Shown one piece after another: positions 9,397-19,088 of a stretch of DNA of 43,242 nucleotides (positions are counted from its first letter, which is position 1; each line of letters begins with the position of its first letter). Origin of the DNA: Promethearchaeota archaeon (GTDB lineage: Archaea > Asgardarchaeota > Lokiarchaeia > Sigyniarchaeales > SOKP01); contig JAEOTR010000043.1 of the NCBI GenBank assembly GCA_016839705.1, positions 1 through 43,242 of the forward strand. Direction: 5' to 3'. The position numbers were made by a program, and so were the translations under genes. The notes beneath the pieces are model-generated. The model was not told the DNA's origin, searched no databases, and saw only the letters and a list, made by a program, of their open reading frames with translations.

Positions 9397-9636
9397 TACG
9401 CTAAATAGTAAAATTAATATAAGAATTTTTCATCACATCTGAATTTAGTATTTAATATTCGGTAGGCAAATTAAAGAGAAGGTAAATTTAAAGTTTATTA
9501 CGAAATATCATAATTCAGTCTTTAAGGTTTTGCTGCGTTTGTGCTTTTGCACTAGCCATCTTTGATATGTTGTATAGCTACCCAATTTATTATTTATCGT
9601 AAATAAAAAATATGTAAAAATCTATTCTAATAAGTT

Positions 9637-10224
9637 CTATGAAAGGAATATTTTATCAAAAACTTGCGGTAAATTATCAGTTATGTTTTTACGAGCAGCT
9701 ATAATAAATACAATTGCAATAATACCTCCTAAGCCAAATTGAATAATTGCATTTAAGAAAAATTCATATAATGCTCCAGGAGCTCCAAAAATGAAGATTT
9801 CATAGAGAAAATAACCGTAAGTCATTACAATACCCCCAATAATTACTGCAAAAATATCTCTAAAATTTATTCTTGATTTCAAATTTTTAGGATCAGCAAT
9901 TATTCCAACAAGGAAACCTTCTAAACCTTTTATAATTAACGTTGCAGGAGCATATATAGTATAGGTCAAAAAAATATCTGCTAACGCAGAGCCTACACCC
10001 CCTGCGATCCCTCCTATTATCGGCCCGAACATCAAACCTGTAATCATAACACCTGCATCTCCAATATTAATGAAGCCTTGGGTTGCGGGAATAGGGACGG
10101 AAATAACCATTGTTAAAATACAAATCAAGGCAGAGAATATTCCAACAATTGAAAGAGAGAGTGTTTTTTTAGGAAATATATAGCCTATGAATCCTTTTTT
10201 TGTAGAGATATCTTCGTCCACCAT
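9637..10224 (-). CDS. ECF transporter S-component
   Basis: PIPATQGFINIGDAGV, GGVGSALADI and APATLIIKGLEG; GGTGA RBS. Confidence 0.9.
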   Translation of the reverse strand: MVDEDISTKKGFIGYIFPKKTLSLSIVGIFSALICILTMVISVPIPATQGFINIGDAGVMITGLMFGPIIGGIAGGVGSALADIFLTYTIYAPATLIIKGLEGFLVGIIADPKNLKSRINFRDIFAVIIGGIVMTYGYFLYEIFIFGAPGALYEFFLNAIIQFGLGGIIAIVFIIAARKNITDNLPQVFDKIFLS

Positions 10225-10443
10225 TGTTATTTCACCTTTTTATTATTTTATTATTATCTGAAAACTATAATGTTTTAATTCTAACATCAGGCAACTTTTA
10301 ATCACTACTGTGTTTAATAACCTAAAATTATGTGTATAATTTTTTTATTTCAAAATTATAAAGATATAAAATAGTATAATTTATAATTTTTATATAGAAG
10401 AAAATTAAAAATTAACATCTAAATTAAAAAAAAAGTAATAAAA

Positions 10444-10605
10444 ATGTCTGCCGAGGAACGTCAAGCAGTTGAATACTTCCTTGAATGGATAAATGGAGGC
10501 TCTTTCGCACAATGGATAGAGCATTTTTTAAATCAAGGGGATGAAGGGAAGCTTAGACAGGTTAAGGAAGTATTTGATAAAATTAAAAGCGTTTTTGGTT
10601 TTTAA
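10444..10605 (+). CDS. Unannotated 53-aa small protein
   Basis: MSAEERQAVEYFLEWINGGSFAQWIEHFLNQGDEGKLRQVKEVFDKIKSVFGF*. Higher GC than the flanks, AT-rich promoter-like region upstream, T-rich tract after the stop. Confidence 0.7.
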   Translation: MSAEERQAVEYFLEWINGGSFAQWIEHFLNQGDEGKLRQVKEVFDKIKSVFGF

Positions 10606-10718
10606 ATTTTCTTTATTTTTTATATTTGTTCAAGCACCTTCAGTTCTTAAATAGAAAAATTGAAGTTCTTATGTTCATATTATTTTATTAAGTGTTGGCA
10701 CCATAACAGGTTTAATTT

Positions 10719-13382
10719 TTGAGTGTACCTTCAAGAAATTTCTTCATTGTTTTTAATAGGACTCATGGATTAAAGAATGATTTTAATATAAATCTCTTTT
10801 ATCTTAAAAAATTCAAAGAAGATACAGTAAAGTTTACTTATATTAGTGACCCCTTCTTAAGAGGAACTGTTGTTTTTGGTTTAGACTTTAAAAATAAGAT
10901 ACGTCCTTTGAGTTTCAATAAAATTGAGAAAGACGGAGTTATTTCTCCAGTAAATCCTCGCCTTTTTAAACAGTTTTTAGTTTCTAAATGTAATAAATTC
11001 GTCGCGTTTTCAAACCAATCATCTCCTGAAGATTTTACAATTATAAATGAGATGTTAGCTAGGTTTCAATTTGATAAAAATAAAATTATTACTTTAGTTT
11101 TTTGTAAATCCTGTTTAGATTCTCAGAAATTTACAATTTTAAATCAAAACAACCAAATCAAATCATTCAAAAATCAAATCCTCTGCTCTGAATGTGCTTA
11201 TGAAATTGTTCTTAGAGAAGCTAAGATGAGAGGGATAATTACACAAGAACGTATCAGTCCAAAACTAAAGAACTTTTTCATGCATATGCTACTGAAATTT
11301 AGAGATGTCAAGAAAGTTTTATCAATTTTTCAAGCTGATTTTAATCCAGTTAACAATAAAGATATTACTCTTTATGATATTGAAACGAAGCCCCCAATAG
11401 GGAGAGAGTTTCTTAACCAGAAGTTTGATTATCTTGATATACCCCAGGATTTAAAAAATTTATTGAAAAACTTAAATTTAAAGTTATTATTGCCGATTCA
11501 AGCAATATCCGTGAAAAAAGGATTATTGACGGAATATACAAATCAGTTAGTAATGGCACCTACTTCGGGAGGTAAAACACTGGTAGGTGAATTGGCAGGG
11601 ATTTCAAAAGTTCTGAAAAATTCAAATTCAAAAATGCTTTATCTAGTGCCAATCGTTGCTTTAGCCAATTTAAGAACTGACGAATTTAAAGAAAAATATA
11701 AGCAGTTAAGTTTAAAAATAATAAAAAAAATCGGTGAATCATTATTTGAGAAGAGGGAATCCACTGATCAAAAAGATCTACTTAATGCTGATATTATAAT
11801 AGCTACCTATGAAGCTATTGATCACATTTTAAGATGTGGAAATAACGAAGTTTTAGGAAATATAGATACTATTATTATTGATGAAGTCCAGACTTTAATC
11901 GATCCAGAGAGGGGATATTTATTAGATGGTTTTATTGCTCGACTCAAGTTTCTCTACAAAGAAGCTCAATTTTTATATTTAAGTGCCACATTGGGAGAGC
12001 CGTTATTATTAGCGAATAAATTAAATTGTAAATTGATAAGATATAATAACAGACCAGTACCAATTGAAAGACATCTGTTGTTATGTTTTAGTGAAATACA
12101 AAAATATAAACATATTTCTAAATTAGTTAAAGCTTCCTATCTTAAAAAATCTAAGTTTGGATTCAAAGGGCAATCAATAGTATTTACGAACACTCGGAAA
12201 AAATGTGAGACAATCACATCCTATCTCTTAGATAAAGGAATTAAAGTATCTGCATATCATTCTGGTTTAGCCAATGAAGAACGGAAGATTATTGAGGAAA
12301 ATTTCCGCGCTCAAAAGATAGCGGGTGTGATCGCCACAGCTGCTTTGGCTGCGGGAGTAGATCTTCCAGCAAGTCAAGTAATTTTCGAATCTTTATCTAT
12401 GGGAATTAAGTGGTTAACCGTAGCGGAATTTGAACAAATGCTAGGAAGAGCGGGAAGGTTAAAAAAACATGAACAGGGTTATGCCTATTTATTAGTCGAA
12501 GCAGGGAAAATTTACACCCCGAAGATGAAACAGACAGAGGAAGAAATCGCCATTAAACTATTAAATGGAAAAATAAGAGATTTTGAATTACCCCCAATAG
12601 AAAGCAAACTTTTAACAGAACTTTTAGCTTTTATTTCTGTATTTAACCAAGGTGTAAGGAAAGATGATATTCTTAATTTTTACGAGCTGATAATAAATAA
12701 CAACTATGAATTAGATAAATTTTTAAAAAGACTGATTCAAATAAAGTTAATTCGAATAAATGAAAATCAAGTATATAAATCTACACGCTTAGGACAAGCA
12801 GTAGCAAAAAGTTTTCTAACAACTGAGCAATGTTTAGAAATAATAGATACTTTAAGAAAAAAAGATAAAACTATAATTGATATTGCTCTGGAGCTTAAAC
12901 CTATTAAAAATGTATATTTATCAAAAGGTATTGTTGCAGACTTAGCAAAGAATGTCAATATGAGGTATTTAAGTAATAATCTTTTTAGTGGTAGTGTTCT
13001 TTCTTTAATGAATGCAGAGTATGTTAAGAAACGAAGAACTTTTTCTCGTGAATTTATCGAGTTCATTTCGAAATGGGTTAGTGAAATATTTAATTGTAAA
13101 TGCAAAAATAACCCCTATTGTGATTGCGGAAGAATAAACCTTGAAAAAATGATATTAAATTCACGAATAAAACACAATTTATCAATAGAGGAAATTTGTA
13201 GAAGTTTTGAGGATGACTATAAAATTAAAATTTTCAAAGGCGATGTTATAGATTATCTAGAGAATTTAATCTATAGTCTAGAGAGTATTACAAATATTTT
13301 AGAAGGAATTTCAAGAATAGATCCAGTATATCAAGAGGAAATAAATAATATACCCAGGATTATTGAAATGATGAAATACTAA
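10719..13382 (+). CDS. Archaea-specific superfamily II (Ski2-like) DEAD/DEAH helicase with a C-terminal Cys4 site
   Basis: Q motif LPIQ, APTSGGKT, DEVQ, SAT, YHSGL, TAALAAGVDLPA, QMLGRAGR, and CKCKNNPYCDC near the C-terminus. Confidence 0.92.
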   Translation: MSVPSRNFFIVFNRTHGLKNDFNINLFYLKKFKEDTVKFTYISDPFLRGTVVFGLDFKNKIRPLSFNKIEKDGVISPVNPRLFKQFLVSKCNKFVAFSNQSSPEDFTIINEMLARFQFDKNKIITLVFCKSCLDSQKFTILNQNNQIKSFKNQILCSECAYEIVLREAKMRGIITQERISPKLKNFFMHMLLKFRDVKKVLSIFQADFNPVNNKDITLYDIETKPPIGREFLNQKFDYLDIPQDLKNLLKNLNLKLLLPIQAISVKKGLLTEYTNQLVMAPTSGGKTLVGELAGISKVLKNSNSKMLYLVPIVALANLRTDEFKEKYKQLSLKIIKKIGESLFEKRESTDQKDLLNADIIIATYEAIDHILRCGNNEVLGNIDTIIIDEVQTLIDPERGYLLDGFIARLKFLYKEAQFLYLSATLGEPLLLANKLNCKLIRYNNRPVPIERHLLLCFSEIQKYKHISKLVKASYLKKSKFGFKGQSIVFTNTRKKCETITSYLLDKGIKVSAYHSGLANEERKIIEENFRAQKIAGVIATAALAAGVDLPASQVIFESLSMGIKWLTVAEFEQMLGRAGRLKKHEQGYAYLLVEAGKIYTPKMKQTEEEIAIKLLNGKIRDFELPPIESKLLTELLAFISVFNQGVRKDDILNFYELIINNNYELDKFLKRLIQIKLIRINENQVYKSTRLGQAVAKSFLTTEQCLEIIDTLRKKDKTIIDIALELKPIKNVYLSKGIVADLAKNVNMRYLSNNLFSGSVLSLMNAEYVKKRRTFSREFIEFISKWVSEIFNCKCKNNPYCDCGRINLEKMILNSRIKHNLSIEEICRSFEDDYKIKIFKGDVIDYLENLIYSLESITNILEGISRIDPVYQEEINNIPRIIEMMKY

Positions 13383-13397
13383 ATCACTAAATCAAAT

Positions 13398-14594
13398 TCA
13401 TAAAGTGAAGATTTCAACTATATCATTATCGACTAGAACATAATCTAAACCGACCTTCTTACGCCTTTGGCGAGCTCCTTCTCTTATAACTATTGCGTGA
13501 TCAAAAGATTCATAGAATTTGCGATGGATCTTGAGAGCCGCATCTTTAACAGTCGAATCTTCGTCTATAATTAAGGGTTTTTCTGCTATATCTCCCCCAG
13601 AGCTCATAGTATAGATTCGTATTTTCTTTAAAAATTTTAGAATTAACTCGCCAAAATCTTTAGGAAAGGTTCTTTTATGTATACTAATCCCTATTATTTT
13701 TGAAAATTTCTCAGAATATTCTCGCTCTAATTTTTCGAATAATCCTTCAGTATGGGGGAGATCTCCTTTAGTAGCAATAATTATTGCTTTTTTATATACA
13801 ACAGACGGAGTTAAGGCATCAATTATATCATCAAAAGAAATTTCCCCATAAATTTTTACTATAGCATTTTTAATCCCATTTGCATTTACTAATTCTTTAA
13901 CTCTTTCAGTAAATTCTCCAACATCTTCAATATTTTTTGCTTCTTTAGTTAAATAAAGGACTTGAATTTTGTTTGAGCCTGTTTTCTGAATATTTAAAGG
14001 AGGTGGGAGTCTATTGATTCTGATCTCTGCTTTAGTTAATTCATTCAATAACAAATTCATCTGGTCTTTAACATCTCTAGATAAATCAACACACAAGCAA
14101 AGCAAATCACACGATCTAATTTGAGAAAGGATTTCTTTTCCATTTCCTACACCCTCAGACGCACCTCTCATGATGGAAGGCATTTCTACGATTTGAAATC
14201 GAATTTTATTATAATTATAAATTCCAATTTCTGGTAAAGGTGTATATTTACCAATTTTATCTTGCGCTGCTCCCGTTAAATAATTTAGAACAGTAGTTTT
14301 ACCTGCTCCTGGTGTGAAATAGCTACTTATCAATATTATTTGAATGCCTTCTTTTTTAATTGAAAAAGGAGAAACAACTTTTTGAGTAATTTTTTGTCTT
14401 TGTCTTCTTTCTTCTACTTCTCGCTTTAATTTTGAAAGGCGAGATCGATTTAACGCAACGATCTTCTCAGTAGCTTTATGTTTAGGAACTAGAGAGATGA
14501 ATTCTTCCAAATATTTGATTTTTTCTTCCAGAGATCCTGCATCTAAATAGCGACCATAGGCTGCTTGAGCTTCGGCGCCAATATTTGAACTCAA
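13398..14594 (-). CDS. DRG/OBG-family GTPase with TGS domain (archaeal paralog, degenerate G-motifs)
   Basis: N-terminal VPKHKATEK, PGAGKTT, TKGD, and a C-terminal TGS domain (TVKDAALKIH...VGLDYVLVDNDIVEI). Confidence 0.85.
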   Translation of the reverse strand: MSSNIGAEAQAAYGRYLDAGSLEEKIKYLEEFISLVPKHKATEKIVALNRSRLSKLKREVEERRQRQKITQKVVSPFSIKKEGIQIILISSYFTPGAGKTTVLNYLTGAAQDKIGKYTPLPEIGIYNYNKIRFQIVEMPSIMRGASEGVGNGKEILSQIRSCDLLCLCVDLSRDVKDQMNLLLNELTKAEIRINRLPPPLNIQKTGSNKIQVLYLTKEAKNIEDVGEFTERVKELVNANGIKNAIVKIYGEISFDDIIDALTPSVVYKKAIIIATKGDLPHTEGLFEKLEREYSEKFSKIIGISIHKRTFPKDFGELILKFLKKIRIYTMSSGGDIAEKPLIIDEDSTVKDAALKIHRKFYESFDHAIVIREGARQRRKKVGLDYVLVDNDIVEIFTL

Positions 14595-14615
14595 AATCCC
14601 AACCCCTATTAGGTT

Positions 14616-15071
14616 TTAAAATATAGATCTAAATCGATCCTCTGTTTTTAATTTTAAGTCCCCTAAAATTTCATTAATTCGATTCTCAAAATTCTTAAAA
14701 TATTTAGGTTTTTTGGAAAAAATATCGTTGAGTGAAAAGCGATTGAGAAAATGTAACAAAATTTCACCCAAATATTGTTTTACTATCGTGGTATCCGTTC
14801 CCTTTTCAATGATTGCGAATGCTAATAGAGGTTGTTTATTCTCAAGTTCATTTCCGGGTAATTTTATCATTTCACAAGAACATACAAGCTTGAAAGACGC
14901 CAGAGAGATAATAGAGATATCATCACCAAATACTTCACTAGTAAAACTCTCTAATGCCTGTAAAAATCCAGCACGTAAATTTGGATCTAGTACATTATCT
15001 GAAGATGAGTAGTACTTTATCTCAACCAAGTTTTTCATGCCAAAATTGATACCAACTTCTAAAATTGCCAT
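14616..15071 (-). CDS. Longin-like domain protein
   Basis: N-terminal beta hairpin, helix LRAGFLQALESFTSEVFG, further beta strands and C-terminal helices (FLNRF...FENRINEIL); matches the Asgard longin/small-GTPase-associated pattern. Confidence 0.6.
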   Translation of the reverse strand: MAILEVGINFGMKNLVEIKYYSSSDNVLDPNLRAGFLQALESFTSEVFGDDISIISLASFKLVCSCEMIKLPGNELENKQPLLAFAIIEKGTDTTIVKQYLGEILLHFLNRFSLNDIFSKKPKYFKNFENRINEILGDLKLKTEDRFRSIF

Positions 15072-15286
15072 TTTTAAAAAGGAACTTTCTTCTCGTAATC
15101 TGAAATATATTTATAGTTTATAGTAAAAATAATTATTTGTATTACTCTCTTTTTTTAAAAATTCAATTCAATATAATCTTAACTGTTTTTAATGTAGTAT
15201 AAGATTATTATTGAGCAATGACTTTGCTAAAAACATTTGATCATTATAAATTTCTTACCTTAAGTAAAATTGACTCCAGTTTAGTT

Positions 15287-16150
15287 TTAAGAATAATTTA
15301 ATTGCTTTTTATACGCTGTAAATGTATTATGTAATAAAAAATGAACCGTTAGTGGTCCAATACCTCCAGGAGAAGGAGTAATTTTACCACTTTTTTCATA
15401 GATGTCATCAAAATTTACATCTCCACACAATTTTCCATTGACTCTATTGATACCAACATCAATTATTATTGCACCATCTTTTATTTTTTCTTTAGTTATA
15501 AAATTTGGATGTCTTACAGCTACAACTAATATATCTGCTCTTCGCATATGACTTTCAATATTTATTGTGGATGTATGACAAACTGAAATTGTAGCATTCC
15601 GTTTAAGCATCATAAAGATTAAAGGTTTCCCGACAAGGTTTGAACGATTAATGATAACTACTTCTTTCCCTTTTAAATCAATATTATAATATTCTAGTAA
15701 GGTAATAATTCCTGTAGGAGTACATGGCGCTAGAGTTTCATTATAATCGTAAAGTTTACCCTTGTTTACAGGGGTTAACCCGTCTACGTCCTTTTCTGGT
15801 GATAAATTTTCAATATACTTTAGAGTATTGGGGGATTGGGATTTTGGGAGAGGTAATTGTAATAGAATACCATGTACTTTATCGTTTGTGTTAAGTTTAT
15901 TGATTTCTTCAATAATTTTCTCTTTTGAAAGATGATCATCTAATTCCAAAATTTCTGATTCAATACCTACAAAAGCACAGGTTCTCTTCTTCATATTCAA
16001 ATAGACTTTTGAAGCGGGATCTTCACCAATTAAAATAGTAACTAATTTAGGTTTAATCCCAGTTTTTTCAACTACCTGGGAAATGTCTTTCTGTAAAGCT
16101 AAATTCAATTTATCAGCTAAAGCTTTTCCATCCAGTATTTTTTCTTCCAT
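15287..16150 (-). CDS. folD: Bifunctional methylenetetrahydrofolate dehydrogenase/cyclohydrolase
   Basis: ILDGK, HGILLQLPLP, EKDVDGL, PCTP, RSNLVGKP, DVGINR, PGGIGPLTV. ATG at 16150 is preferred to the TTG at 16192 in the track. Confidence 0.97.
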   Translation of the reverse strand: MEEKILDGKALADKLNLALQKDISQVVEKTGIKPKLVTILIGEDPASKVYLNMKKRTCAFVGIESEILELDDHLSKEKIIEEINKLNTNDKVHGILLQLPLPKSQSPNTLKYIENLSPEKDVDGLTPVNKGKLYDYNETLAPCTPTGIITLLEYYNIDLKGKEVVIINRSNLVGKPLIFMMLKRNATISVCHTSTINIESHMRRADILVVAVRHPNFITKEKIKDGAIIIDVGINRVNGKLCGDVNFDDIYEKSGKITPSPGGIGPLTVHFLLHNTFTAYKKQLNYS

Positions 16151-16244
16151 AATTTTGAGAACCAATCTAAATTTGATTATTCTGTATTCCAATTCAATAA
16201 TCTCAATTTGGAATATCTTAGGTTTAAAAAATTGGTATTAATCC

Positions 16245-17357
16245 TTAGATTCTTCTTCTACGCCAAATGACTACACCAACTACCACTAATAAACCAATAC
16301 TCCCCATTATAAGTATTAAAATCCAATAATTAAATTCTACCATCCATATATCAACTGCTAATTTTCTTAAAGATGAATCACAAGTGGCTAATGTTTTAAA
16401 GGCAAAATAGGATCCTATAACGGATGAGGAAAGTTGACTATTTCCTTCAGAGATATCAACAAAACCACCATCTTGAAAGTTTTGTCGGGATATTACCCAA
16501 TTTGCTGTTTGATCAGCATTCAGAAGGTTTTTATTTATAGCTGTAATTGCCATTACACAATAAAATGTACTGCTAAGTATGGGGGAATTTGAATTGAGAT
16601 CTGGTAGAAAACCTCCAACTTTATTGATATCTGAAGGATTACTAACATAAAATGATTGTAAGTATGAAAGAGTTTGATTCTTATTTACTAAATCATCTAC
16701 AGATGTTAAAGAATCTAAAAGAGAAACCGCATAATAAGTAGTAATCACGGTAGAAGTGGGATTCCCATAACCACCATCTGTATGATTTTTTGATAGTATC
16801 CAATCCCTATGCAAGGTTACGTTTTGTATGACTTTCGTGGGGGCTAACATAGAATGAATTTGAACAATAAAAAAAGTTGAACTTAATGTGGGGGTCATTG
16901 TCTCATTTTGAAATGAAAATCCACCACCAATTTGTTCTGTATCATTTAAATATTGAAAAATACTATTTTTCAAACTTTCTTCAATTAAATAATCAGTATG
17001 AAGAGTAAATAATGATCTAAGCAGAAAGTACAAATTGTATAAGTTGACCGCATCATTATTAAACATATAATTTATATCATTTTCTAGCTTAGTTTGAAGG
17101 TCATCAGTAACATGGGCAGTTCTTCCTAAACCAAATAAAATCTCCAAAGCATAAGCTGTTGCTTCAATTGATACTTCTTCTATGGTACTAATGCCATTCT
17201 CAAAACCCTGTCCTTCAATCTCGTTTCTATAGATATAATCTGTTAAGTAAACTCTTCTTGTTTTTCCTAAAACACTCGGAATTATGCTTATTACAGAGAA
17301 AAAAACTAGGAATAAAATGAGAATATTGCGATGATTACTTTTCAATGAAACAACCAA
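16245..17357 (-). CDS. Membrane-anchored extracellular prenyltransferase/squalene-oxidase-repeat (alpha/alpha barrel) protein
   Basis: Signal peptide; repeats such as WILSKNHTDGGYG and WVISRQNFQDGGF; C-terminal TM helix followed by RRRR. Confidence 0.78.
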   Translation of the reverse strand: MVVSLKSNHRNILILFLVFFSVISIIPSVLGKTRRVYLTDYIYRNEIEGQGFENGISTIEEVSIEATAYALEILFGLGRTAHVTDDLQTKLENDINYMFNNDAVNLYNLYFLLRSLFTLHTDYLIEESLKNSIFQYLNDTEQIGGGFSFQNETMTPTLSSTFFIVQIHSMLAPTKVIQNVTLHRDWILSKNHTDGGYGNPTSTVITTYYAVSLLDSLTSVDDLVNKNQTLSYLQSFYVSNPSDINKVGGFLPDLNSNSPILSSTFYCVMAITAINKNLLNADQTANWVISRQNFQDGGFVDISEGNSQLSSSVIGSYFAFKTLATCDSSLRKLAVDIWMVEFNYWILILIMGSIGLLVVVGVVIWRRRRI

Positions 17358-17480
17358 ATTCAGATTAATTAAATTCTAATTTTTTAAATCTACCTTAAAA
17401 TTAAAAATTAACGCTATCTAAAGAACTATGTTTGGTAAAAAATGAGAAAATCCTAAAAAATGATTCTTAATATTTAATTT

Positions 17481-19001
17481 TCAGAGAATTTCGCTAATAT
17501 CTCTATAGAGAAGATCATGATTGGATTGAAATTGCTCATGTGTAATAAAAAGTTTCTGAAATGAAGGTAAACTCCCCAAAATAGCCGCACCGTTAAAGAT
17601 TGCAAATTGAAAATTGTCAGGAACAAAGAATTTTATCACTTTACTAGAGGATTCCATATATTCAGTAAATTCTTGAGCAGGTGTTTTTTCTTTTGGGATT
17701 TCAGGTTTCTCTAATGAATCAATTGACATTCCACAATAAGGACAAAATAGGGAAGTTGTGTCTTGTATTTCATTATTACAGTAAGGACATTTTTCAAGTT
17801 TTTTCTTTGAACCGCCACTCTCACTTCGAGAAGAAAAATCGATCCTTATTTCTGGTAAGGATACTCTTGCTCCACAAGAAGGACAATATTCATTACCAGA
17901 TGACAGATCTATAAGGGCGCCGCAATGGCTACAAGTATCACGTTGTTTTTTAGAAATCTCAACAGCTTGAAGCTTAATCAATTCAGTCTTCACCGTAGAT
18001 AAGGTTGGTTTTGGTTTAGGAATTGAACCTATTTGTGGTAGAACTGCATTGAGCTCTGATTGAAATCTTTGTTCAAAACCGCTATAGGATAAATTCCCCC
18101 CAGAAAATACTATATGGGACAAAAGATCATGCCAGTGTTGATTATCTAAAACTCTTAAACTAGCAATTACAGCTTCTGGAATGTTCATGACATTACTTAC
18201 ACCTAACATACTTGGATCAAAGAGAACTTCTGGGGCTTGATAAAGAACATGATTTGCAATATTGATAGTGGATCCATCAGGCATAGCGGCAGAAAATTTT
18301 TCTCCAGATTTTGGAGGATTATTGGGATCTATGACAAAGTAACAATTTTTCTCCTTTATATCTTGAATAATTTCATCTGCGGCACTACTAGATATATTCA
18401 CACCCTCTCTCATCAAAAGATTTTTTAGATTATGATTTACATCTATTCCTGCTATGGGAATCTTTTGAACAGCATGATCTTGCAAAACTCCGTTAATGAT
18501 TGGAGCTATCCATGTGAGACCATCACCAGATTCTATAACCAATCCCGTAGTTAGACCTACACTGAATAAGGACAACATTGGTGTAGGCATCATTATTAAG
18601 CTTTTAACACCATGAGTTTCAAACAATAATCTAGCAATATATTCTTTGGTTTCTCTATGCATAAAGGGTGATTCACAATAGAATACAGGATAATCTGAAA
18701 GAGTTTCTACTCTTAATAGGGAATAAAAAATATAGTTCAGAATTTCGTAGAAGCTATCCCACGACATAACAGCACCACGCTGAATTGGATGCGTTATCTT
18801 AAGAACACCGCGCATTCTTGAAACATCGTTTCCTACATAGATACTTCTAGCACTGACGTCAACCATCACAGATTTATATTTTTCAGTACCAGTAATGGAT
18901 GGAAATACAAATCTAGGACCAGGTTCTCCTGCAAATCCTATCTTTACATAAGCAGAGCCGATATCCACTATAATTGGTGTGCCGGGGAAAGGTAATGCCA
19001 T
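17481..19001 (-). CDS. Actin-related protein with a double zinc-ribbon insertion
   Basis: DIGSAYVKIGFAGEPGPRFVFPS, ESGDGLT, DIKEKNCY, PEVLFDPS, SGGN and GAAILGSL align with actin. The insert carries CSHC/CPSC/CPYC/CPYC. Confidence 0.95.
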   Translation of the reverse strand: MALPFPGTPIIVDIGSAYVKIGFAGEPGPRFVFPSITGTEKYKSVMVDVSARSIYVGNDVSRMRGVLKITHPIQRGAVMSWDSFYEILNYIFYSLLRVETLSDYPVFYCESPFMHRETKEYIARLLFETHGVKSLIMMPTPMLSLFSVGLTTGLVIESGDGLTWIAPIINGVLQDHAVQKIPIAGIDVNHNLKNLLMREGVNISSSAADEIIQDIKEKNCYFVIDPNNPPKSGEKFSAAMPDGSTINIANHVLYQAPEVLFDPSMLGVSNVMNIPEAVIASLRVLDNQHWHDLLSHIVFSGGNLSYSGFEQRFQSELNAVLPQIGSIPKPKPTLSTVKTELIKLQAVEISKKQRDTCSHCGALIDLSSGNEYCPSCGARVSLPEIRIDFSSRSESGGSKKKLEKCPYCNNEIQDTTSLFCPYCGMSIDSLEKPEIPKEKTPAQEFTEYMESSSKVIKFFVPDNFQFAIFNGAAILGSLPSFQKLFITHEQFQSNHDLLYRDISEIL

Positions 19002-19088
19002 TTTAACTCAATTGTGTGCTATTTTGTAAGATGTATTAATTTTTGATTTTTTTATTTTTATAGTTTTATTAAAAAAATTATAGATTAA

